Below, in pieces: positions 11,718 to 22,390 of a stretch of 64,000 nt of DNA. Position 1 is the first letter of the stretch, and each line of letters begins with the position of its first letter. The position numbers and the translations under genes were made by a program. The notes below the pieces were generated by a model. That model did not search any database, had not been told where the DNA came from, and was given only the letters and a program-made list of their open reading frames with translations. The stretch covers positions 59,768,001-59,832,000 of the forward strand of contig OZ076413.1 in the NCBI GenBank assembly GCA_964187785.1, given 5' to 3'. This DNA is from Amphiscolops sp. MND2022. Lineage: Eukaryota.

Positions 11718-12483
11718 ATTGTAACACAGCACATGTGCAGCGATGGACAGGCTTAGTGAATACGAACACACAGTATTAGGCTAGCTGCGATGTGCGTAAG
11801 GAAGCTACAGCTAACAACTATACAAGAAGTAAGCTATATAGCAGTTTGCATCAATATAGAGAGATACATCACAAGGGAGTTATATGTTCCCTTAAGAATC
11901 TCTGGCACACAGATACAACGATGTACAAACATGCATTATCCTATGATATGTGTATTTCTTCACAAGATGGTTCTTTGAAAAACAATAATCTGATTGCAAG
12001 GTGTGTGTTTTTTTTAGAAATTAGTTGAATTAGTCATGTGAAGTATATTTATAAAGATCTCCCATTCATATTTTCATAAATAAAGTTACATGCAATCGAT
12101 GATCCATTCATATTGTGTATGAATCTGAATTAGAACAGATTTGTTTACGTCGAGTTAAAAACGTTGAAGTAAGATTAAGAAGATTAAAAGGAAATTGTCG
12201 ATTCATGGAGGTGATGAATAACCCCAAATCATTTTGTTTATTTGCTTTTACGAGTGGAAATTCAAAGGTGTTGCCGCCTGAATATCAGAAGAGAGATACC
12301 TTGCCCTTATATGGGGTTCGGTAAACCCACGCAACAATGACACTCGATTTTTCCGCGGGAATTGGGAAATCGAAGAAAGCTTGAAGAGGAGAATCACAGT
12401 GTGATACTGATAAGTTTGAAAACCAGTCGCCTAGATCTTACTAAAACTCAAAGCGCATTCTAAAACTCATTCTTTGGACCAAG

Positions 12484-13506
12484 ATGAACAGTCTACAATT
12501 CAATTTTGATGAAGATTCTTTGTACTCACCGATATCGCCAGATGTCATTGACATATCCAGCGATTCGGACAATGCCTTTCCCGTCGCTCCTGGGGATGTC
12601 GGCCAGCTCGAAGAGAGGTTCCGAATAAACCCAGTCGGAAGCAATTTGATGTCAGCTTTCTTGGGCTCAACATTAGCTTCATTATACCCTGACGCAACAA
12701 TGACAGCAGATCAAGGAGAAGAGATGACAACCACGGGGACAGAACTTGAAAAAGACCTGGCTGAGCTCATAGCGGACCCACCAGAAGCTCAAATGGATTC
12801 ACCAGGATCGTTTGTGGCCAGCGAGTTTGAAGAGGAGAATCTGTTCCCCTGGACTGTGAGTAACACCCAGAATACGAGCGTAAACAGCTTTGGTCGTCCG
12901 ATTGCCGCCATCCCTCCAAATGTGAGAGCGGACCGTGAAGCAAGAGGGATATTACCACGACCGATACCCAATTATCCACCCAACCATAGTCCCGAGTCTG
13001 CAGCTTTTCAGCAAACCCAGGTTAGGGAACCTATGGAACGAAATAGGCAAGATAACAATATGCAACCAAATGGTGGGAATCATAATGCTGTCCAGGGATT
13101 CAACTTGTCGCCGATGCTCTTCCCTGTTCCTTTGAGGGGGACAGCAGCAGATACTTTTCTAGCTCCTGTACAGCCCCTGACACAGATAGGTTTTCCGTTT
13201 AGTGCGACCCATAGCACGAACCTTATCCTAATCCCTGCTCAAGAAAGACAGAGTATCAGGCTCTTGCCAACAGTCATGCCCAACGTTGCTGGGTATTGTG
13301 ACATTTGCGGAAAATGCTACGACCAGATAGCATTGGAGACGCTTGGTGAGTACCTGGTTGCGACTGAGTACGAGAATGAAACAGTCAAAGAACGGGCAAT
13401 TCGATCAAGAGCCTTTATTCATGGCTTTGAGGCCTCACTGTTCCTCTTCAAAAACGCGGGACTGTCACATCCAGCTAGATGTGATGGTTCCGTGGTGCAG
13501 CAGTAA
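12484..13506 (+). CDS. Sense orphan accessory ORF of element A (340 aa)
   Basis: Uninterrupted ORF; acidic, Pro-rich, disordered N-half with DVIDISSDSD; C-terminal YCDICGKC and a helical segment. No family recognised. Confidence 0.7.
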   Translation: MNSLQFNFDEDSLYSPISPDVIDISSDSDNAFPVAPGDVGQLEERFRINPVGSNLMSAFLGSTLASLYPDATMTADQGEEMTTTGTELEKDLAELIADPPEAQMDSPGSFVASEFEEENLFPWTVSNTQNTSVNSFGRPIAAIPPNVRADREARGILPRPIPNYPPNHSPESAAFQQTQVREPMERNRQDNNMQPNGGNHNAVQGFNLSPMLFPVPLRGTAADTFLAPVQPLTQIGFPFSATHSTNLILIPAQERQSIRLLPTVMPNVAGYCDICGKCYDQIALETLGEYLVATEYENETVKERAIRSRAFIHGFEASLFLFKNAGLSHPARCDGSVVQQ

Positions 13507-13746
13507 AGAGGAACGAGTGATGAGACCCTTGATACAAACATTTCAAAACTCTAAAAGACTCATTTCTAAACAATCTCTTTTGATGAAGTCATGTAATTTA
13601 TTTGTTTGCCTTGTCTCTTAAATTTATTTAAGGGTTCGATTGTAGTCCTTAAGGTGCTTCTTTGATTGCATTAAACCCATTAAATAATAAGGCACGTGCT
13701 GAATTGTTACATAAGATTGATTAAGTCTACCATCATCCAAATCATC

Positions 13747-13992
13747 ATACATCATGATACGGTATTTTGAACATCTGATATGCGGTAAGAAGCAGTTTTA
13801 CAATATACATCATGCGGCATTATGCGCAAAAAGGTATTCAGCATATACGGCAACATGCGGTTTTAGATTTGTCATTCATGCGGTAACATACGCTTTTTAC
13901 TATTATCACTATTCATTATCATGCATTTTGAATAGGCTTAGTTATACGTTAACATACGGTATTAGGTGATGTGTATATGCGGCATTATACGG
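13747..13992 (+). repeat. Second 33-bp-period ATRCGG array, in the putative U3
   Basis: Unit starts about 13747, 13780, 13812, 13845, 13878, (13911), 13944, 13977, with paired motifs 10 bp apart. Nine exact ATRCGG. Shares AGGCTTAGT..ATACG..GTATTAGG with 11750-11790. Confidence 0.85.
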
Positions 13993-14415
13993 TTTTCGTC
14001 CAAAATGGGAACTTTTGAATGTCATGTATCTATGCATCATTTGAACAGTGTTTGTAGCACCTAATATATCATTTTGCAGCATTTTCCTAGGGTCTTTAAG
14101 CTTTGTAGTCATAATTCCGTGACTATTGGAAAGCTATATATAGGATGAAGTAATGTTGATGTCATTCTATTTTTATGATTCCAGGACCCAATGATGTTTA
14201 GAAAAAGTGCTTGTCATCGTTTTATTTTTTGATTGAAGAAAAGGTTTGTAATAGAGACTCAGTTGAAAAATAACCTTCTCAAAGTGCAGTTGACCCAATT
14301 CACTGAACCCTTTAAAACACTTCCTGATTTGCTTTCCTGACTTTGGATTGTTTTTCAATTTGGATTCTAATTCAAATTCTTCCCCAATAAACCTGATCGT
14401 TTTGATTGAGCAAAG

Positions 14416-14979
14416 ATGGGAAACAAGAGAAATAGAAGATCGAGAAGACTAGAAATCCCGTCTCCTGAAAGAGAAGGGAATAGGACTCTAGTTGATTCTC
14501 CAGAGACAGGTATTTAACTAATTCTAACTCAAATGTTGATGAGAATTTAGGTGGGCTTAACCTGGGAAGTCAACTTGTTGAACCAAGCCAAACTAGTTCT
14601 GAAATACAAGCTTGGACTGAGATTTTCGAACGAAAAAACAATGATAGGATAGAAAAAATGAGAGAAGAAATGGAGAATAAACTAGATACTATTCTGAAAG
14701 AGATAAAGTCAAACAGGAGCCAATCTACAGTAACAAACCCCAGGTCACAAGTTAACGAAACAGAGGATATGCGACCGTCAGGATCCAGGAGTAAAGAACC
14801 TATTGGAGTTCATGCATCCAACATAGAAAATTCTGAACCTGAAGATGAGGATAATCCTATTAGAGCGTCCAAAATGACGGAGTTAAAACATCCTGCGAAA
14901 CCTTTGTTTCGGAGCGAGTCTGATATAGACGTAACTATACATTCAGATGAAGAGTCCGATATAGAAGAGGATTATCACA
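14416..14979 (+). pseudogene. LTR-encoded Gag N-terminal extension, 3' LTR copy (about 188 codons, one frameshift near 14515)
   Basis: ATG 14416 (MGNKRNRRSRRLE...). The frame from about 14515 runs open to the LTR end (...EEDYH), the same frame that enters gag at 1698. Confidence 0.75.
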
Positions 14980-15131
14980 ATTACTTTTATGCTATTTGAC
15001 TGGTCTGCTTGTTAGACGCACTCCTTTATTAAGTAAGGTGGATTTCATGGCTACATACATGTTACTTTACCTAATTTCATACAGCACTCCGTATCTATTC
15101 TTATTTCATCATATCATAATCTTATTCAAGT

Positions 15132-15205
15132 TCTAAAATTTCAGGACGGGAATACGATCTAAAGGGAATACTCCTTTAGATTTTTTCCCGTCCTGAAATT
15201 TTAGA
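15132..15205. repeat. 74-bp hairpin: 21-bp perfect inverted repeat with a nested 9-bp stem
   Basis: TCTAAAATTTCAGGACGGGAA (15132-15152) vs TTCCCGTCCTGAAATTTTAGA (15185-15205); inner ATCTAAAGG/CCTTTAGAT. Confidence 0.9.
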
Positions 15206-17785
15206 TCTAATTCCCTTTAGATTCATTTAGAATCTTATTCCTTTCAGATCAAAAACGTTTGTTCTAAAGTAAAGTTCTAAACGGATAGTTTTAAAGTAAA
15301 CCATCCATTAGAAGAGAAGTTAGACATTTTTCAGATATTTCGAGGCTATTACATCAAAAATCAATTACAAAGTACAGCAAATCTAAGATCCAAAAGAAAG
15401 AAAAACCTCTAAATACCTTCAAATATTTAGATACTAGTATAATATTAAATGAAAAAATAAAAGCATCATTGATTGAACGAACAGTCATTCAGCTTGAAAA
15501 CCTGAAAATCTGAGTATTCCTCATTCCCGTCCTTTTTTGGATCCAGGGTCAAATCGGATTTCGTTTTCATTGGACAAACTTTCCCTCTTCTCAGAAGTCT
15601 GTTCTTTCGTAACTATAACTTTCAAGTGTCTTGTTTGTTATGTTTTTTATCTATATCTTTTGGGAGGATTTAATGTTTCGCCATTTTTTCGACGTCTGAA
15701 TTTATATCAGCCTTATTAGATTGCCTTTCCCTTTGCTTCTGTCTTCTAGTTGAGTAAAAGTTAAGGGTTTTGCCTCGCAGTTACTCTAAAAAGGTTCGAC
15801 ATATCAATCCGAACAAATGACAGGCCAACCGAAGTAATTGCCAGAAACAGAAGAAAGCTGAGTAGCTCAACACTCGTTTGTACCAGTGACTTGAAAAATT
15901 GCTTTTAACCTATTTTGACATATTTTACCTCAGCTAAGGGTTTTTCCAAATAACTTGCTTCACTTCTAGTGCAGATTTATAGACATATTTTCTTTCATAT
16001 GGCGACATGAAACATGTCATATATGCGTTTCTCAGATTTTCAGACGCGAGACGCGGAGTAAGCGACGGAATGTGCCAACAATTACATGCAGGCACGTACA
16101 TTTCTCAGATTTGCCTTTATGCACCCAATGTGCACGCATCATTTGAAATGGAGAGATTTTTTGAATTGACTATATTCGAATACAACATTTCTGCAGATAT
16201 TAGCGAAGAAACTCAGCAAAAATTGATGTATAAGAAGGTTGGAAGTTAAAGTTAAATTTGTTTTAACTTTCGTTTGGAACATTTTTGCGTTTTGATTTGA
16301 CCTTTGAATGCTCCTTTTGGGCGAATATTGTGACCTAAAGTTTCGGCCCCTGGTTTCTACTGAAATGACAGTGACTAAAAGTTGACATTCATTATGAAAA
16401 TGCTATAAATAGTAGCAAGTCTCAAAGAAGATCATCTTTATTGTCTATTGTCTGTGTCCTGGTTGGAATTGCTTGCCTTTTTTGCATGCACATTAATTTT
16501 GCCACCAACGTTTATCGATTTCTTAAAACTCTTACGGAAATTTTCATGCGAAAATACTTTTCTGTTGCATTCGACTTTTATCAAGCTGCTTGAAGGATCC
16601 ATAAATGTTTTGACCGCAATTTTGAGCCTTGAAGTTTGGCAGATTCCACTACGAAACAGTTTTTCTATTTTAAATAAGGATGCTACCAGTTTTACTGTCA
16701 TTTAAATTTTCAGTCGCTGCAAACTAGCGTCATGTTTAGTGTCCTATTTGAGAAGCAGTGAATCACATCAGATGTGTAGTTGAGAAAACAAAGTGTGAAC
16801 AAAAAAACGATTTGGTCGGCAATAAAGTGGGATTTATTTTCAAATTTAACTGCAGTGGTGGAAAATGCATCTTAATTCTCACGATTTACTACCCGAACCG
16901 TACTGAATTTTCTGGGTTTCAGAAAAAATTTTCCTGCATGCAGGCCTGCAGCATGTCAAACATCCCAGCAGTCTCAAATAGGCTGAACTAGGATGCAAAA
17001 GCTATTGGTATGTGAATTTATCCAACATCATCCAGTACTAGAAAAGAATACTGAATAATTCATCTTCAATTCACCTGCGATAATCATATTTTTCTAGTGG
17101 CAAAATTCCCTATAATCGATCACACCTCTCTTCAATGAGGCCATCGGAAGCTTAAATGGACCAATAGGTGTTCTCGAAATTCTGCCCTAAATATTAAGCT
17201 CGGGTGAATATGAAATGGACCTGTTTAAAATCTGTCTAGTTCAGCCACGAAACATTTTTAAGAAAAACATTTGGCTTAATGATCTTAATCGTGTTGGCAA
17301 AGGACGCAACCGTAGTATTTTAGGGATCTTTTCGTGGACCTTATCGAACTAGTGTTTTTGCATGTTTTTTCACCTTCCGCGTTTCGTAGTTCTGTTTTTG
17401 CGCCACTGTTTCGGTCAATCCACTTACCACATGCTAAGATTTGCAATTTGTTCAATTTACATATACAGAGGTGAGACGTTTATGTGAACCTACAAATGAT
17501 TCCAGTGAAAGTCAAAAGAGTATAGGTGAGGACCGAAATGCCGGGCCAAGCCTTAGCCTTACATTCTTGAAGGGACATGTCCTTAAAGGTTACAAAAAGT
17601 CAATTGTTTACGCTCGGAGAACTAAACAAGTAAACAAAAAAGCTCGACGTTGACTTTGCTGGTTTGAAATGCAATACGAACGTGGATATTCCCATCTCGC
17701 GCACTTTTTTCGGCTTGGCATTTTTTCGACATCAAACGAACTAGTATTCACACAGCAATCGTTCACTGAGAGCTTCGGCTTCGGA

Positions 17786-17913
17786 NNNNNNNNNNNNNNN
17801 NNNNNNNNNNNNNNNNNNNNNNNNNNNNNNNNNNNNNNNNNNNNNNNNNNNNNNNNNNNNNNNNNNNNNNNNNNNNNNNNNNNNNNNNNNNNNNNNNNNN
17901 NNNNNNNNNNNNN
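17786..17913. other. Assembly gap (128 N)
   Basis: Run of N bases. Confidence 1.
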
Positions 17914-18782
17914 TACGAAACTTCCAATCAAAATTACTAAAATTGCTTCTTCGAGAACAAATTTTGAAAAATTGTTGGGAACCGGGTGATTTTTCCCACA
18001 ACTTTTCAGGGGCAAGTTCCTTAAAAAACATATTTTCGAAACTTGCAATTAATTTGCATTCAGAGAAATAACAAGTGGGCGATTAGGGTTAATTTTCTCT
18101 TATCAGTTGAAATCAAAAAGCGATAATGATTTCTATCATGATCACACATGAAAATGACCAATAATTCATTGAACAGAATTTGCAAAGTTATCATGAGAAC
18201 CAGCTTTCAGGTTAGACTTGGTTGTTCATAAAAAATAGAATGCGTCCATGAATCGTGGCAACTTTTAATACTCATAAAAAGGTTCTCTACAAGTGAAACC
18301 TTTGATTCATGGGATGATTTCTAAAGGCTAGTTTTTCTGCTGTTCATTTATACTAGTAGGAGAACGTTAAAATTCCAACACAAAAAAGCTGCAATTTTTG
18401 AGTATCAAGAACTGAAGATACCCAGCTTTTCTGTGAAACCGTGAAAAACGCTGTGAAAACATCCAGCTTTTCAGTTCGCAATGCAATTTTGCTCGGCTAA
18501 AAATCTTGTACAGTCATTGTTATCTTAGCAAAATAAAACACATCCTTAAGAATTTTTTCGATGTTTGAAAAGTGATGTTCTAGACAATTCACATTTAGTG
18601 AATTCACATTTTTGGGGGCTTCAGAATACGTTTACTTCGCCCATATGATCGAGTTGATGCTTGTCAAGCAAGACGTCAAATTGCTATCAACTGTCATATC
18701 ACGGGTTTTACATCAGCAAATTAAGGTGACATTGAGTTTTATTGTTACAAAATCTAATCACAAACCATGCAGTTTGCTATTT

Positions 18783-19260
18783 GAAAAAACAATCCGGGAC
18801 CGGCCTAAGTCGGCGCCATATCTAAGGCTCGAAAATAGCAAAAGGATTTCAAAGTGTCAAAGTCACAGCAGTCAAAAAAGTAATCAGTCACAATCAATAA
18901 CAATGAAAACTCAACCGATTTCACCTGACAGGCTTCGGGCAGAAAAACAAAGAACGTACCTGAAAAAAAAGAATTGGAAGCGGAGGAAATGTCAAAAATT
19001 GAAGGGGGAGCCTTTGTTGAAACAAAAAAAAATTGAAAAAAAGTCGCATAGTGCCGAAAAAAAGCGGGGCTAAGGGGGATCCTTAGTGTGTTTTCGAAGT
19101 TCTGGACGTGTTTTGTTTTTAGACGCGCTTCTGAGGTTCGAGTGTTTTGAACCTCCATAGTTCAAGTTGTTGAACAAATGAAAAAAGTGGACCTTACGCG
19201 AGTAAAAAAACTACCCACTGTAAGAGTCGGCCACATTTTCTACTAAAATGCGCCGACTAA
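18783..19260. mobile_element. Non-autonomous repeat, Helentron/HINE-like, copy 1
   Basis: AGTCGGCGC at 18808 is inverted to GCGCCGACT at 19250-19258. End hairpin AGTCGG...CCGACT. Matches 27590-27670 and 28150-28195. Confidence 0.55.
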
Positions 19261-21993
19261 CAACAACCAGTTTCTGTCAGTGATACAGAGCGTGTGTTTT
19301 TTATTTACAAGAATGAGAAAAATATGTACCTAGTGTGTCGTTCCATTCGAGAGGTGCCAGTCCAGCTGCTTCTCGCACTTTGTTGTGGTAACATTGAATG
19401 ACAGTGGCGAATTTGTCCATCGCGTGTAGACCGGGATGCTCGAGAATTCAAACTCTGAAATGGATTAAAATTTCCCATGTCGACCAAACGTCTTTCGAAA
19501 AGGTTGTTGAGCATGAAAGAGCGCGAAGATGAACTCTATGGACATTCACACCCAGAAATCAGGTGAAACATGTAGTAAAATTGCATGAAACTGTCAAAAA
19601 ATTATATTTTCACTTTTGGGGCACTTTTCGAAAAAAAAGCAGCTTTAGGGCTTGTCGTCGCCGTACTCTCTAGGTTTTCAAGCCCATGAAAGCAAACGTT
19701 CACATAAAATACCTGATACTCACAAGATTATAGTTCGGATTTTCGGGGTTGAAAGTAGATTGAACTAAATATTTACCTCTGAAAAATTTCCAAGTGAAAG
19801 GGTAAAAAGGAACGTATACGTATCAAACTCTATTTTTTAGAACTTTCAACGAGCTTTTTCAAAACAACTCTAAGTTTGTATTTCTTTCTGTCTAATTCAA
19901 AACAAAGAGTTCCAATATCTGTATAAAGAATGTGCATAACTTCATAGGTTTACAACTTGCTAACGGAGTGCTGTTTTAGACAGTCGTTTTAATTCTTTTA
20001 AGAGTCGATGTAGAAGCAAAAGCATCTTCAGCTTCGTAGTCTGAATCTTCTAGGGATGAAATGTTTTTTTTTTGCCGTGGGAGCTATTAGTTTCAGCATT
20101 TTCTTTTAGTATCGACCAGTACTTTTGTCAAGTCAGACATGATTTCCTGGCTGACGGACGTTTTGATCATGTCTATATTTCCAGAGTGGAGTTTAGGAGA
20201 TTTACTACGACCAGAAATTTGGCTTTCAACTGGGTTTTTTCAGCTAGAGATGCTTCGAGTCCATCAAAAACTGATTTTTCTACTTCGTTTCTTTCCTGAC
20301 TTCGGGTTGTCATTTTCGGTTAACAACAAAGCTGTCGCAGCCACGCAGAGCTGCGAGGAACAAAACTACATGCGATTGTCCGAGGAAAAGGATCGAGAAA
20401 AATGAGCAGAACACTAACGAACACCATTCGAAAACTGAAGTAGACGGCAAACAAATATCTGCTAAAGAACTTAAATATTTTTGTGAAGTACCACTTGATA
20501 ATAAAACTAATGATGCACAGTAACTAAATGCAAACATCTGAAAAACTAAAGAGTAATATTTGCGGCACATTATTTCCCGTCAAACTATCAGCGCGTTGAC
20601 TGAAACTAACCAATAAGCGCTTTGACTGGAGTGCTACAACAGATTAATGGTAGCACTTGTTGGTCTATTTACTAGCCAATCACAGCGGAGCGCAATCATT
20701 CTCAGTTGGCTTTGTTGCTGTCCCGGGCAGCCTACCGGGTGAAAAGAACTGAGTCAACCATTCAGTCAACCGACAAGTGTGCTCACTTTTTGGATGCCGT
20801 TCAACCCTATTGTAGTACAAAATTCATACCAATCCACGGCATTGAAAAAAACCGAATTAAAGAGAGATAGGGAATATGAATCGAAGAAGCAATTTTTGAT
20901 GATGTTGTTGTAAGTGTTCCTTTTGATGTTTTGATGTTATCCATTGTAACTAAGTGATTTTTTGTTTCAAATGTTTTGAGTCAACACTCTGGTCAACTGT
21001 TGTGTTGCCTAAAAATTGAAACTTGTTGACTGGTGCTTGACCAGGATATTTTTTTGCTCAATATTGCCTGGAATGCTAATCATATGTGCTGATTGATCCT
21101 GTTAGGCTCCAAAAATGATGGTTTCTTATGTTTAAGTGCATTGTGCTGATTCAATTGTCACACTTTCTTTTTTTGGAAGCAAATTTCATTTCTTTTCACT
21201 TGTCAGTAGCTATATTCGTGAACTTCTGTGGCAACGTCAGTTAGTTTCGGCATCCCGAATTGGCGGGGAATGGAGATGAAGGGGCGCGGGATTGGGACTT
21301 CGACAGGGAGTTGATTCCCACTTTTCCTTGACAGTGAGTTGATACTGACATTGAATCCGAAGGAAAACTACGGAATTTGGATTTCCTTCCCGCGTATCTA
21401 GTGCAAAGTAATTTCGTGTCATTCTTGATTTTATTCAACTGGACAAATCCTTTTCTGATTTTGCACTTTTGATCCCATTTCAACCAATTTTTCCTAGTTG
21501 TACAGTTTTGTTTCTTCGTAATTACAATTTTTTATGCCAATTCAACAAAACCCAGTAAAATAGACAGCAGGAAATCGAAAATCGTTAACGAGGATCCAAA
21601 GCAAAACGATGCACAAAGTCCATGACTATCCTGCCGTAAACATTCCTTTGTCAGTCATGCCCGAACTGTCGAGTGAGAACAATTTGAAGAAAATTCGCCC
21701 CAGGAGACAAAATGACACGTAGACTACAGTGATCATCAAGCAAGTTAGAACCCGATACTGTACGAGAGGGATACTATGAAGAAGATTTAAAACAAAGTCT
21801 CTAGAAGACTTGAAAATGCAGGACTAAGACAACATGAACCAATAAGGCTGTATGAGAGCCTGTCGTCTAATGTCGACAGTTTGGCCGGATCTCAGTTAGG
21901 ACTTCGCACTCGTAGAGAGGTTAATCGAGAGAAGACTCAAAGAAGGAAAACTCAAGAGATGTTGAAGATCTAGTTGAAAATGTTCAGCGGACT

Positions 21994-22390
21994 AGTTATG
22001 ACATCATGGAAGGAGTCCCAGTGAGCGACAAACATGAAGTTCATCCAGCTTGCCGCCACCAAATCAGCGTCACTCAGACGAAATGTCAAAGACCAGTTAT
22101 GACATCATAGAAGGAGTTCCCAGTGAGCGACAAACATGAAGTCACGCCCGTTCATTCGGTGTGTCGCCACCAAGTCAGCGTCACTCAGACGAAATAACCG
22201 AAAAACTACTAGAATCTCTATACAACACAAACAAACAAAGTACAGGCATCCCCACCAACCAAAAGCACAACGATGCCTACTTTCGATGGACGAAATGAAA
22301 AATTTGAACAATTTGAAGAACTACTTCAAACGAGCCTCAAGACGTATCCTCACAATACAGAGAAAGAAGAACGATTTCATTATTTCCATT
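21994..22390 (+). mobile_element. Gypsy relic: probable LTR end, decayed PBS (duplicated with 101-bp period) and gag fragment
   Basis: TATGACA followed by TCATGGAAGGAGTCC (compare TGGTGACAGGAGTCC); repeat units start 21994 and 22095. ORF 22273 MPTFDGRNEKFEQFEELL...HYFHSL resembles gag A and B. Confidence 0.65.

Larger units (their letters stand above)
1..14979 (+). mobile_element. Ty3/Gypsy LTR retrotransposon A (5' end outside window), carrying cargo genes
   Basis: Gag with two CCHC knuckles, then PR-RT-RH-INT order. LTR end ...GATTATCACA precedes PBS TGGTGACAGGAG at 12 and 1699. 1420-1698 matches 14701-14979 (offset 13281), and the match stops at the terminal CA, followed by unrelated ATTAC (putative TSD, not checkable). 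Confidence 0.93.
13480..14979 (+). repeat. 3' LTR of element A (end firm; start 13480 inferred)
   Basis: End is defined by identity to 1420-1698. Start TGTGATGGTTCC is an imperfect inverted match to terminal GGATTATCACA. An alternative start at 12400 is not excluded. Confidence 0.6.

Noticed and set aside
11538-11756. 72-aa ORF with repeated MRHH motifs
   Set aside because: By-product of the 33-bp ATGCGG array; the second array does not give the same ORF.
12381-12410. Alternative 3' LTR start TGTGATACTG at 12400 after purine-rich GAAGAGGAGA
   Set aside because: Not excluded, but 13480 pairs further with the LTR end (with wobble pairs) and matches the layout of element B. The 5' LTR outside the window is needed to decide.
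17000-17400. Minus-strand FLVLDDVG and NAEGEKTC resembling Walker B and A motifs of a NACHT/NB-ARC ATPase
   Set aside because: Walker A is non-canonical, frames are inconsistent and the intervening sequence is full of stops; chance is plausible.
17608-18048. ORFs spanning the N gap
   Set aside because: Artefacts of translating through Ns.
20640-20830. Resemblance to the element A intergenic segment 11370-11470 (AATCATTC.CAGTT; TTCAAC...TAGTACAAA)
   Set aside because: Only two short word matches; no flanking homology established.
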